A stretch of 64,000 bases of DNA from Alphaproteobacteria bacterium. Lineage in GTDB: Bacteria; Pseudomonadota; Alphaproteobacteria; MPNO01; UBA830. Positions 10,430 through 20,187 of the stretch are shown piece after piece. How positions within the stretch are numbered: the stretch's first letter is position 1; every line of letters begins with the position of its first letter. Location: NCBI GenBank assembly GCA_965243135.1, contig OZ251539.1, positions 2,272,001 through 2,336,000 on the forward strand, read 5' to 3'. A model generated the notes under the pieces. That model made no database searches. It saw only the letters and a program-made list of their open reading frames with translations, and was not told where the DNA came from. Both the position numbers and the translations under genes were made by a program.

Positions 10430-10572
10430 AGCCGTTCCGTCCGCGCGTTTCGGCAAGCGGAGCCGCCTCCGCGAAAGACCGCCGACCCGAGCTATGGTCG
10501 ACACGAAAACGGCGCAACGCAAACGCCTCGCTCTTGTTTCGCTGACGCAGCAGCGCTATGTTACGGCAACTG

Positions 10573-10649
10573 GCCGGCTTAGCTCAGCTTGGCAGAGCAT
10601 CTGATTTGTAATCAGAGGGTCGGGGGTTCGAATCCCTCAGCCGGCACCA
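10573..10649 (+). tRNA. trnT: tRNA-Thr (anticodon TGT)
   Basis: GCCGGCT acceptor stem, D arm AGCTCAGCTTGGCAGAGC, anticodon arm TCTGA-TTTGTAA-TCAGA, T loop GGTTCGAATCC, encoded CCA. Confidence 0.96.
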
Positions 10650-11162
10650 GATTTGTCGGGAGTTCGCAGGGTTTCGCAATGTCGCCGACTGCTCGTACGG
10701 CGATCGGGTTCTGCCGTTCGACGCTCCCGCTGTGCGCCTGGCAGGAGAAGACGGAGCGCGCGCCGCCGGACATGCGCCGGGATTCGCCGCCGCAGCAAGT
10801 CGCGCTCTGACAGTTCCAACGCGCAATTTCGCGCCTCTCGGCGCAAAAGCAATCAACCCTTTCGACCTCCCGCCCGATCGATCGCGTTCTCTCCGCCAAG
10901 GATTTCGCACTTTGCGGAATTTTCGAAATGCTTCCCCATCAACTGCGAAGCGTAAGCAGGCATGAAACTTTTCCCTCGCGACAAACACCGGATCGACTTT
11001 CTCGCTTTGGCGAGCAGGAAAGAAAGCAATCCCTGGATTTCCCGCTTCTACTTTTTCGTCGGAATCGTCTTCTTCGCATATGTCTTCTACGAACTGATCG
11101 CCGCCCGATTGTAGCGGCAACGCCAACGTCCCTCCGCAGCATCTCACGGAGCGCGCCTGCCC

Positions 11163-12269
11163 ATGTCGGAAAACAGCCGTCGAATCCTGAAACGCGACCG
11201 CAACCCGCATCTGTTTCGTCCGCTCGTCATGCGATCGGTCAAGCTGCGCAATCGCATCATGATGTCGCCGATGTGCCAGTACTCCGCTGCCGACGGCATG
11301 CCGGACGACTGGCATCGCGTTCACCTCGGCAGCCGCGCGGTCGGAGGCGCAGGCATCGTCTTTACCGAAGCGACGCACGTGTCGCCGGAAGCCCGGATCA
11401 CGCCTCATTGCCTCGGCATCTGGAACGACCGGCAACGCGACGCTCTCGCGTCGATAGCCGCCTTTATCTCCGCCCGGGGAGCGGTCCCCGCCCTCCAGAT
11501 CGCGCATGCCGGACGCAAGGCTTCCACTGCCCGTCCCTGGGAAGGCTCGCGACCGTTGCCTCGCCCGGACGCCTGGCAGACCGTCGGACCGTCCGCCCTG
11601 CCCTACGGCGATTTTCCGGCTCCGCGCGAGCTGAGCGCGGCGGAAATCGCCGAGACGTACGAACAGTTCGCCGCCGCCGCCAAGCGCGGCCGTCAAGCCG
11701 GTTTCCGCCTCGTAGAGCTCCACGCCGCGCACGGCTATCTCATCCACAGTTTCCTGTCGCCGTTGAGCAACCGGCGGAAGGATCGATACGGCGGCGCGCT
11801 CGAGAACCGCGCCCGTTTCCTGCTCGAAACCATAGAAGCCGTGCGAAGCGAATGGCCGGAGGATCTACCGATGTTCGTCAGACTCTCCTGCTCGGATTGG
11901 GTCGAGGGCGGACTCGAACTAGCGGACATAGTCATGGTCGCGAAATGGATCGCCGCAAGCGGCGACGTCGACCTGATCGACTGCTCGTCCGGCGGCAACG
12001 ATCCGCGGCAACGCATTCCCATCCATCCGGGCTACCAAGTGCCTTTCGCCGAGACCGTCCGGCGCGAGGCAAGAATCGCTACCGCGGCGGTCGGGCTGCT
12101 GCACAGCCCGGATTTCTGCGAAGAGGTCGTCGCGAACGGACGCGCCGACATCGTGGCCCTCGGCCGCGCGTTTCTCGCCGATCCGCATTGGCCGCTCCAG
12201 GCCGCCCGGAAACTCGGCGCAGAAGACGTTTCATGGCCGGTTCAGTACGAACGCGCGAACATATTTTAA
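11163..12269 (+). CDS. NADH:flavin oxidoreductase / old yellow enzyme (YqjM/NamA-like)
   Basis: NRIMMSPMCQYSA, QIAHAGRKAS, ELHAAHGYL, NRRKDRYGG, GRAFLADPHWP. Confidence 0.92.
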   Translation: MSENSRRILKRDRNPHLFRPLVMRSVKLRNRIMMSPMCQYSAADGMPDDWHRVHLGSRAVGGAGIVFTEATHVSPEARITPHCLGIWNDRQRDALASIAAFISARGAVPALQIAHAGRKASTARPWEGSRPLPRPDAWQTVGPSALPYGDFPAPRELSAAEIAETYEQFAAAAKRGRQAGFRLVELHAAHGYLIHSFLSPLSNRRKDRYGGALENRARFLLETIEAVRSEWPEDLPMFVRLSCSDWVEGGLELADIVMVAKWIAASGDVDLIDCSSGGNDPRQRIPIHPGYQVPFAETVRREARIATAAVGLLHSPDFCEEVVANGRADIVALGRAFLADPHWPLQAARKLGAEDVSWPVQYERANIF

Positions 12270-12363
12270 CGACGGAAGGGTTGGCATGGCCTGCGCGCCT
12301 GACGTTGAACTTCTATCGGAGTTGCTTGCAGCCGCGGGCGGGTTTTGGAGGCCCGCGGATCGA

Positions 12364-12400
12364 CAATGGTTGAAGCCTGTCCGTCACGCTTCAACCATTG
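12364..12400. terminator. Perfect 13-bp inverted repeat between convergent genes (possible bidirectional terminator)
   Basis: CAATGGTTGAAGC-11 nt-GCTTCAACCATTG; no strong U tract. Confidence 0.45.
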
Positions 12401-12435
12401 CGCGTTGAATCGAGCGTCAGGAGCGGATTTCGGCT

Positions 12436-12650
12436 TCAGACGGTCTCGAACTCGAACCTGACGATGTTGCGCTCTTCCCGGCCGAACTCGATCAGGTGGA
12501 CCCGAACGCCCGGACGCCGGTACTTGTCCGCGTAGCCGCGCTTCCGAATCTGCGCCAGAGCCCAGCCTTCCAGCTTCCCATCCGCGACCTTGAACTCGAA
12601 CGGGCAGACGTTGCCGTTGTACAGAACCGCCAGGCGGCCGTCGCCTCGGT
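12436..12650 (-). pseudogene. 3' remnant of the AAA/PD-(D/E)XK nuclease gene family
   Basis: VLYNGNVCPFEFKVADGKLEGWALAQIRKRGYADKYRRPG...EFGREERNIVRFEFETV*, near-identical to the C-terminus of 8885-10429. Confidence 0.88.
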
Positions 12651-13041
12651 GCCCCGCTCCGCCCGCCCCTGCAACCGAGCGGTCCTTGGCTCCCAAACGT
12701 CTCGCCGATGTCCATCTCCGCAAATATGCAGCGGATTGAGCCTACAGCCTCCGCCCTGATCGCGGCACCCGGCACCGACTATCGGTGGGCGGCCCGATCA
12801 TGTCTTCGGACGGACAAATAACGATCCAGGGGTGACGCCACGCTCGCCATGACCCTGCACGCCGATGCTGCCTTCGCAAACAGCGTGTCCGCGTCCAGCT
12901 TCGCGCAGGTGGTCAATCCCGCGCCGTCCGTAGTATGATGCCGAGCATGCTGGCCCCGGCACCCGGAGACCTCGTGCCGCGAACCCGCCCGACCTGACAG
13001 AGACCGCCTGGCGCAGCGCAACCCACGCAGAACGATGGATC

Positions 13042-13320
13042 GTGATCAGGAGCTTCAAGGATCGAAACACCCGAGCCTTTTTCGAAGGCCAACGGATTCC
13101 AGCTTTTCAGAGTTTTGCTGACCAAGCAGCGCGGCGTCTCACCTATCTTGACAACGCCGAGTCCCTTCAGGATCTTATGAATTTGCCAAGCAATCGGTTC
13201 AAGGCACTCGGAGGAAACCGTAAAGGTCAATACAGTATTAGAATAAATCGACAGTGGCGGATATGCGTCCGCTGGGAAAACGAGGAACCCTGCGATGTCG
13301 AAATCGTGGATTACCACTGA
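13042..13320 (+). CDS. higB: HigB (RelE/ParE superfamily) toxin
   Basis: MIRSFKD...PSNRFKALGGNRKGQYSIRINRQWRICVRW...VEIVDYH. Confidence 0.93.
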   Translation: MIRSFKDRNTRAFFEGQRIPAFQSFADQAARRLTYLDNAESLQDLMNLPSNRFKALGGNRKGQYSIRINRQWRICVRWENEEPCDVEIVDYH

Positions 13321-13332
13321 AGTATTGAAGCC

Positions 13333-14376
13333 ATGAACGTAAAAAGCGGCATGAGACCAGTGCATCCGGGCGAGATATTGAGCGACGAGCTTGCCGCGCT
13401 CGGATTGTCCGATAATGAATTGTCAGGCCGCTTGGATATTCCTGAACAACAAATCAAGGAGCTACTGAACAAACAACGCAACATGACAGCAGACATCGCG
13501 TTACGGTTGGCGCGATATTTTGGAACGACGCCGCAGGTCTGGCTAAATCTGCAAAAAACCTACGAGCTTCGCCAAGCCGAGATCGAATCGGGCCGCCTAA
13601 TCACGAAGCGCGTAAGGCCATGGCAAACTATAGGGACTAGCGGAGGCATAATTGAGCGGGAAGTGGATTGGAAAACTACGTTGAAAACTGGCGATTCCGC
13701 TAAATTCATGAAACGGCTTGACGAGGAATACAGAAACACAACCGGCATTTCCGACCGGCGTTTCTATAGCATATTTTATTCGCAAGTTAATCCGTCTCCC
13801 ATTATGATGCTAGGATATAATCCCGGCGGAGATCCGGAAATCTGGGAGGAATCTCAACTTGCTTCAACATCATTCTATGAACATGAAGAACACGAGTATG
13901 TCGACTGCCACTACCGCACAGCACGCGTTATGAGCGAATTTCTCAAAAAAGTCCTTGATATTGAAAAAGAATGCATCCGAAAAATACCTAAAACCAATTT
14001 GATATTTAGGAGATCCCCTTCTGCCAATAAATTGAAGCTAAAGGAATCCGACGCAATAGATGAAGCCAAACCTACATTGGATCAGATATTGAGGCGCGTC
14101 GAACCGGACGTGATAATCTGTGAAGGACTTCCCACTCTGCGAAATCTTGAAAAATACTATTGCACCAGTCATTGCGAGAAGATCGACGGTGAATCTGTCA
14201 ACGTTCCTAACGGGGATCATATTGCTCGAATTTATAGAGCGGATCGAGCATTTTTATCGTCGACGGGCAAGTTTGTGAAACTGCTAGGCATAGGCCATCC
14301 ATCAAGATTTGGCGGCCGATCGGAATGGAATGAAGTAATCAAATTTTCCAGAAATTTTTTAGCCGAATATAGATGA
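13333..14376 (+). CDS. higA: HigA antitoxin (HTH) fused to a C-terminal uracil-DNA-glycosylase-superfamily-like domain
   Basis: aa 1-~97 HigA (PVHPGEIL, TADIALRLARYFGTTPQVWLNLQ); remaining ~250 aa carry IMMLGYNPGG, TNLIFRRS, EPDVIICEG, GIGHPSR in UDG-fold order. Confidence 0.75.
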   Translation: MNVKSGMRPVHPGEILSDELAALGLSDNELSGRLDIPEQQIKELLNKQRNMTADIALRLARYFGTTPQVWLNLQKTYELRQAEIESGRLITKRVRPWQTIGTSGGIIEREVDWKTTLKTGDSAKFMKRLDEEYRNTTGISDRRFYSIFYSQVNPSPIMMLGYNPGGDPEIWEESQLASTSFYEHEEHEYVDCHYRTARVMSEFLKKVLDIEKECIRKIPKTNLIFRRSPSANKLKLKESDAIDEAKPTLDQILRRVEPDVIICEGLPTLRNLEKYYCTSHCEKIDGESVNVPNGDHIARIYRADRAFLSSTGKFVKLLGIGHPSRFGGRSEWNEVIKFSRNFLAEYR

Positions 14377-14458
14377 ATAATTAGATATTCGCCAAGATCG
14401 CGGACACCGATACTTGGCGGAACGACCATCGAGAATGCGCATAAAGTCGAAATTACCG

Positions 14459-14707
14459 CTAACGCACGGCGTGCGAGAACCACCCAAAGTCAACGACGAA
14501 GTTCGATACCTGCTGCACAGAAAACAACCCGTCTTGGTACAAGGCGCGACCTGCCGTTTCCGCATCTCGAAGAGTGTCGTAGAAATCGACGCATTCCCCA
14601 TTTTTCATCAGGGCCCACCGATTGGCTTCGCGAAGCGTCAGTTCGGGGAGCAGATGTCGGAATGCCTCGTAGTTGGCGTCGACTTCGTTCTGAAGAACCT
14701 CGATCAT
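14459..14707 (-). CDS. Small DUF5678-like protein (usually partner of a retropepsin-like aspartyl protease)
   Basis: EVDANYEAF..LLPEL....RWALMKNGE..DFYDT..DA..AG...Y.DG.FSVQQV; GAGGG RBS. Confidence 0.6.
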   Translation of the reverse strand: MIEVLQNEVDANYEAFRHLLPELTLREANRWALMKNGECVDFYDTLRDAETAGRALYQDGLFSVQQVSNFVVDFGWFSHAVR

Positions 14708-14984
14708 GACGTCATCCCTCTATCGCCTGGAGATCCTCGCCCGTATCCACTTGCCCGCTTGATGGAGCGCAAGGTTAGCGGATACGCGCACTCACCCCAT
14801 TACATGTCTGCCATTAGTCTACTATGGGTCGGTGCAACCGTTGTCAATATCGGAATATATGGTTTGATCTTCAGAAACGCGAAAACCTGCCGACCGATTC
14901 GGACGTTCCGGCGAAGCCGCGGCTCGTTTTTCGCCTTCCGCCCGCCGAAACGGCTGCGACCCGGCGCTTCGCGGCAGCGGCCCT

Positions 14985-16184
14985 TCAGCCCCGGCGGCGC
15001 AGCGCAAGGAGGAAATACATCGACATGACCGGCCCTGCGGCCATCGCGAACAAGGCGGCTGTCCAGGCTTCCGCGACCCCGACGCCGCCGGCCGCGTCGA
15101 GCGCTATCCCGACCGCGAAAGGACCGAGAATTCCGCCGGAGAAACCGATGAAAGCCTGCACGGCGAGCGTCGCGCCCCGCCGACCGGGATCGGACAACGC
15201 GATCGTGCCGGCCGTGGTCGCCGAATTTCGCCCGTAGGAAACCATCCCGAACAGGATGCAGAGCGCGAGCGGAATCTCGTAACGCATGTCCGCGGTGAGG
15301 CCGATGGCCGCGGCCAGCGCGCACGAGGCTGCGGCGACGCAGATCAGGAGCCGCCGCCGGTCGATCCGAACCGAAAGTTCGCCGAACAGCATCGCGGCGG
15401 GCGGGCCCACGAGCGCGACCGCGGTCGCCCACGCGGCGGCGCTCAAGACAATGTCGCCGCCGGGCGCGCGGTCCGCGAGAAAAACGAAGAAGGTCACCAG
15501 CCAGACGCGGCTCGCGAACACTTCCCAGGCGATACCGAGAAAGGAGCCCGTGTATCCCATGACGGCCCGGTTGCGGAACACCGGTCGGAAATCCAGCACC
15601 GCGGAAGATGGTTTGGTCCGGGGCGGCGTCGGCGGCAGTACGGCGGCCGCGATCGCCAGGGCGCCTATCGAGCCGATGCCGGCGACGGCGAACGCCCAAC
15701 GCCAATCGAGCCATTCGGCGGCCGCGCCGCCGATGAGGATCGAAAGGCCCGAACCGATTCCGAACACGGAAGTGTAGTAGGCCGCCCCTCGTTGCTGCGT
15801 TCGCCCCGCGGGGAGAAGATCGGTCAACGCCTTGAGTCCGGGCGTGTAGGTTCCGGCTAGGCCGATTCCCGTCACGACGCGGAAAGCGGCGCCCGACCAC
15901 AATCCGTCGGCAAGAAGCCCGAAACCGAAATTCCCCGCGGCGCCCAACGCCGCGCAGGCGAGATAGATGCGCCTCGGATCGACCCTGTCGGTATAGGCGG
16001 TCAGCACGGGCACGGTCGCGATGAAGCCCAGGAACAGAGCGCCGCCGAGCCACCCCGCCTCCGTGTTCGTCAGCCTCCAGTCGCGAATGATGTCGCCCAG
16101 AACCGCCGCAGGCGCCATGAAACCGAGCAGCGAAAGCACGAGGGCGGCGCAAAGCGCGGCGACCAGAACGACCGGAGAGGTCAA
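14985..16184 (-). CDS. MFS transporter
   Basis: Many hydrophobic helices, YTDRVDPRR motif-A-like loop; TTG start overlaps upstream stop. Confidence 0.85.
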   Translation of the reverse strand: MTSPVVLVAALCAALVLSLLGFMAPAAVLGDIIRDWRLTNTEAGWLGGALFLGFIATVPVLTAYTDRVDPRRIYLACAALGAAGNFGFGLLADGLWSGAAFRVVTGIGLAGTYTPGLKALTDLLPAGRTQQRGAAYYTSVFGIGSGLSILIGGAAAEWLDWRWAFAVAGIGSIGALAIAAAVLPPTPPRTKPSSAVLDFRPVFRNRAVMGYTGSFLGIAWEVFASRVWLVTFFVFLADRAPGGDIVLSAAAWATAVALVGPPAAMLFGELSVRIDRRRLLICVAAASCALAAAIGLTADMRYEIPLALCILFGMVSYGRNSATTAGTIALSDPGRRGATLAVQAFIGFSGGILGPFAVGIALDAAGGVGVAEAWTAALFAMAAGPVMSMYFLLALRRRG

Positions 16185-17167
16185 GCGACGGATACCACGA
16201 TTTTGCCGCAGGCCCGGTTCGATTCCATGTAAGCGTGCGCCTCGCGTACGTCGTCGAACTGGAAGACGCGATCCAGGGGATTGCGGTAACGTCCTTCCTC
16301 GATCCCCGTCAGGTATTCCGCGAACGCCTCCGTCGTCATCGGCGTCGAAGAACTGGAGAAATAGGTGAACTTGGTCGTCGACGGAATCGCCGCGCCGGGA
16401 GAAAATTCCTTCAACGTCCATTCGCCGCCGAGGATGCCCGCCATGCACAGGGTCCCGCCTCTTCTGACGCAGGCGAAGGAATCGTCGAGCGCTGCGGTGC
16501 CGACCAGATCGAACATCTTGTCGACGCCTCCGGGCGCCAGCTCCCGCACGGAAGGCGCGACCGGACCATTCGCAATAACGACGCGGTCCGCTCCGAACTC
16601 CCGCATGCGCCTTTCCTTGGCGACGTCGCGGGTCGTTGAAAGCACGGTCAGTCCCTTTGCCCGCGCGTAGTCCGCCGCGACCAGCCCAACGGCCGAGGAG
16701 CCTCCGCGAATGAGCAACGTTTCGCCCGCAGCGACGTCGAGCGCGAGTTCCAGCGCGCCCCACGCCGTGTGGAAGATCTCGGGCAAGGCCGCAAGCTCCG
16801 TCCAGCGAAGCCGGGTGTCGACGGGATGTACGTGGGCAGCCGGCACCGACACGTACTCGGCGTAACTTCCGTCGTAGGCCCGCCCCATCCCGCCGGTGGT
16901 GGCGACCACGGACTCTCCCGGCTCGAAGGACGTGTCCGGCGCGTCGACCACGATGCCGGCGCATTCGATGCCGAGCACGCGGGGAAAGCGAACGGTCGGG
17001 GAATGCCCCAGTCGCGTGAATACCTCGCCGCGGTTCAGTCCGAAAGCCATGACCCGGACGAGCGCATGTCCGGGCCGGACTTCAGGCCGGGGCCAGGCGT
17101 CGCGCAATTCGAGCGCTTCCGGTCCGCCGGCCCGTTCGACGACGATCGCGCGCATCGTGTTCGGCAT
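16181..17167 (-). CDS. MDR family NADPH:quinone oxidoreductase / zinc-binding alcohol dehydrogenase-like
   Basis: MRAIVV, AFGLNRGE, LGIECAG, GSYAEY, IRGGSSAVG, HAYMESNRACGKIVV. Confidence 0.9.
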   Translation of the reverse strand: MPNTMRAIVVERAGGPEALELRDAWPRPEVRPGHALVRVMAFGLNRGEVFTRLGHSPTVRFPRVLGIECAGIVVDAPDTSFEPGESVVATTGGMGRAYDGSYAEYVSVPAAHVHPVDTRLRWTELAALPEIFHTAWGALELALDVAAGETLLIRGGSSAVGLVAADYARAKGLTVLSTTRDVAKERRMREFGADRVVIANGPVAPSVRELAPGGVDKMFDLVGTAALDDSFACVRRGGTLCMAGILGGEWTLKEFSPGAAIPSTTKFTYFSSSSTPMTTEAFAEYLTGIEEGRYRNPLDRVFQFDDVREAHAYMESNRACGKIVVSVA

Positions 17168-17535
17168 CTTTCCTCTCCTCCGCGCCCGCCGCCGCGGGAT
17201 TCCGGCGGCTCGCCGCCCGCGCCGGAGCGACAGCATACCGGAAGCGAAACGCGCATGTTTCTTCGCGAAGGGCGCGGGCGTTCCCGGCAAGCGTCGGCGG
17301 GACGACCCCGCCGTCGACAGGCCCGGAAGTCTCTCCCGAGATTGACCGGGGCGCGCCCGCATGCTCCCGCGGCGGATTCGCGCGAACCTGGAAACGTTCG
17401 CGACGCTGTCGCGCATCCCCGAAAACTTGCCGAACGAGCCTCTTGCGCAGCACCCTCGAATCCTTCCGCCGCCGCCGGGATCCCGTAAAGGCGGATCTTT
17501 TCCTTCCCGCGAACGGCCCGCGCCGGAACTCTTCG

Positions 17536-18252
17536 CTACTTCCTCACAAGCGACGACGAATTGATCGTGGCGTGAAGGTTCTGCGCGAAGTCGACCGCCG
17601 CGGCGATATCCATCGTGAACGCGCGCCCGGCGTATTCCTTGACGGCGCGGTTGGCCGGTAGCGGCGCCGCTGCCATTGTCCGCGTCAGGCGGACGACCGC
17701 GTCGTCGAGACCGGCTGCGGGCACGATGCGGCTGACCAGCCCCCAGGCAAGCGCCGTCCCGGCATCGATCTCCTCCGTCGAGTACGTCAGGTAGAGCGCG
17801 GCCTTGCGCGGCACCCGATCCACGAGCGAAGACATCGCCATGGTCGGCATGATGTTGTGGCTCATTTCCGGCAAGGCGAACCGCGACTCCGGCGTCGCAA
17901 GGGTGATGTCGCAGATCGCGGCCAGGGCGCAACCGAAGCCGAGCGACCTTCCCTGCGCGACTCCGACGATGGGGATTTTCGAGTTCCGGAACGCCGCGTA
18001 GCAGTCGAAGACGACCTCGTTCAACGTTCGGAGCTCGTAAGCCTCGACTTTCGGTTCGCCGCCCATGACGTCCCGGCCCAGGCAAAAATCCTCGCCGGCC
18101 CCGCGAAACACGATCGCCTGGGCGGTTTCGTCGACGCCGTGCAGGAGCGCGGTCAACTCCCTCACCATGTCGTTCGTCAGGCGGTTGCCCTTTTCGGGCC
18201 GATCCAGCGTGATCGTCGCGATCTTGCCTTCGGTGGTGCATGCGATGCTCAT
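17536..18252 (-). CDS. Enoyl-CoA hydratase/isomerase (crotonase) family protein
   Basis: ITLDRPEKGN, DFCLGRD, GFGCALAAICDI, FALPE, ALAWGLVSRIV. Confidence 0.88.
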   Translation of the reverse strand: MSIACTTEGKIATITLDRPEKGNRLTNDMVRELTALLHGVDETAQAIVFRGAGEDFCLGRDVMGGEPKVEAYELRTLNEVVFDCYAAFRNSKIPIVGVAQGRSLGFGCALAAICDITLATPESRFALPEMSHNIMPTMAMSSLVDRVPRKAALYLTYSTEEIDAGTALAWGLVSRIVPAAGLDDAVVRLTRTMAAAPLPANRAVKEYAGRAFTMDIAAAVDFAQNLHATINSSSLVRK

Positions 18253-18314
18253 TGGCTTCTCCTGCGGTATCGACGCTCACGCCATGCGGCAAGACGTCCC
18301 GGGCTGCCTCTCCT

Positions 18315-19907
18315 TCAGAGGCCGGCGTTGGGGTCGTCGCCGGCCCCTTCCGGCAAACCCGTCCTTCCTTTTTCGGCTTTCCCTATTCCGTAACGGCCGT
18401 CCCGGGTGCGAACGAGTTCGCCCGCCGCCCTGATCCGATCCAGCGCCAGCGCGACTTCGCGCCCGTCTCGACTGCCGACCGCTTCCACGAGATCGCCGAA
18501 ATAAAGAGGTCCCCCGCTCTCGATGGCCTCGCGGACGGTCCGGTAACGGGCTTGACCGCCTATGCTCGGTGCTCGGGCGGGCCTGCTTGCGATGTCGCGC
18601 CGCGCCGCCTCCGGAGGAAGAGTCAGATCGAAGCCCGCCTTGGAGCCCGGCGGCGGCCCGTTTCTCGACGGATCGAGCGGCATGCCCATTACGCCGGGAA
18701 ACGCGATCAGATCCCGGTCGGCCTGAAACCGCGTCGCCATCGCCCAATCCATCTGGGCGTCGTCGAAGACGTCGATGTCGTCGTCGACCACGAAGACATG
18801 CTTCACCGAACGCACGCCGCCGATGACCGTGCCGATGACGTTCCTGCCTTCGCCGGGCCTTCCCTGCCGGATGGCGACGCGAAGGTGCTGAACCTCCGCG
18901 CCCGAAGGCGGCGCATAGACCGCCCGCGCTTCGATTCCGGCCGACAGCAGCAACTCCCGGGTTCGCGCCTCGATCGCGACCCCGCCAAGATTGGCGGATT
19001 CGGCCCGACTCAGAATCGGGCCGGAACCGTGCAGAACGGATTGATGAAGCGCGTCCGAGCGCATGGTTATTCCGGTGACGCGGAACACGGGATCGAGATG
19101 CATCGGACCGTAATAGCCCGCGTATTCTCCGTAGGGGCCGTCCGGCTCGACGTAGCCCTCTTCGTCGAGATAACCTTCGATCGCGACTTCGGCGTCCGCC
19201 AGAACCGGAACGTCGTTCGTCATGCCCTTGACGAGCGGAACAGGTTCGCCGCGCATGGCGCCGACAAGATTCGCCTCGTCGGCGGGAATCCGCAGCTGGG
19301 AAGCCAGCAGATCCAGCGGATGCGCGCCCAAGGCGAAATTGATCGGGAGCCTTTCCCGCCGCGCGACGCACCCCTGATAAATCCTTTTGAGGTCCGACGG
19401 AGCGGTCACGTTGGTGCCGGCCTCGCGCCGATTGCGCAAGCTAAGGCGCCGCGCGCCCATGTTGGTCCGGCCGGTCTCGGGATCGATCGCGAAATCGATG
19501 GCGGAAGAAATATAGACGCTCCCGTCGAAGGCGTGCTGAAGGTGAAACGGCAGTCGCGTCAGATCGGCTTCCTCGCCGAGAAACGCGACTTCCTGCACCG
19601 GAGCGTCGCCGCGCGCGATTTCGACCGCCGGCTTGGGATCGTTGCGGCGGCGCAGGAATTCGTCGGCAAGTTCCCGTTCGCCGACTCCGAACGCCGCGGC
19701 GACGCGCTTCCGGCTGCTCGACACCCCCGCCACCAATTCGCAATTCTCGGGACCCGCCCGTAGGAACAACGCCGCCTTCTCGGTCGATTCGACATGCCGG
19801 GACACGTCGCATAGCGCAACCGGCTCGTCGTGGATCTTCACCTCGTCCAGCTCGATCAATCTGTTCACGAAAGTGCGAAGGCGGAATTTCTCGAAGTCGA
19901 CGTCCAT
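18315..19907 (-). CDS. UbiD family (prFMN-dependent) decarboxylase
   Basis: DGSVYISS, TNMGARR, AEVAIEG, EPDGPYGEYAGYYG, VDDDID, WAMATRFQADRD, LDPS. Confidence 0.9.
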   Translation of the reverse strand: MDVDFEKFRLRTFVNRLIELDEVKIHDEPVALCDVSRHVESTEKAALFLRAGPENCELVAGVSSSRKRVAAAFGVGERELADEFLRRRNDPKPAVEIARGDAPVQEVAFLGEEADLTRLPFHLQHAFDGSVYISSAIDFAIDPETGRTNMGARRLSLRNRREAGTNVTAPSDLKRIYQGCVARRERLPINFALGAHPLDLLASQLRIPADEANLVGAMRGEPVPLVKGMTNDVPVLADAEVAIEGYLDEEGYVEPDGPYGEYAGYYGPMHLDPVFRVTGITMRSDALHQSVLHGSGPILSRAESANLGGVAIEARTRELLLSAGIEARAVYAPPSGAEVQHLRVAIRQGRPGEGRNVIGTVIGGVRSVKHVFVVDDDIDVFDDAQMDWAMATRFQADRDLIAFPGVMGMPLDPSRNGPPPGSKAGFDLTLPPEAARRDIASRPARAPSIGGQARYRTVREAIESGGPLYFGDLVEAVGSRDGREVALALDRIRAAGELVRTRDGRYGIGKAEKGRTGLPEGAGDDPNAGL

Positions 19908-20187
19908 CGGATTGCCTCCCGTCCTTGCAGGGACATTGGCCATCGGCAGGCGGGAAGTCCAGCACTCTCCGGCGCGCCTCGGTTTCCGGAACGTCGATCG
20001 CGCGCGGTTCCGCGCGGTCCGTTTCCGCGCCGGTCGGGAACGAGCCGGCGGCGGCAGGCGCCTCTCGGCCCCCGAATCGACCGCCGAGCGCGGAAACGGC
20101 GGCGGTTGCCGCAAATTTCCCGCTTCAACGCCGTCAAGCGGCCGAGTATCCTCGACTTCCCGTAGACGCACCGGAAACGGCACCGCG

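Noticed and set aside
10573-10649. tRNA-Thr as an integration site of an island
   Set aside because: No duplicated tRNA 3' end and no integrase seen in the window
14414-15028. 204-aa plus-strand ORF as a third gene of the higBA operon
   Set aside because: It is antisense to the better-supported 14459-14707 gene and has no recognisable motif
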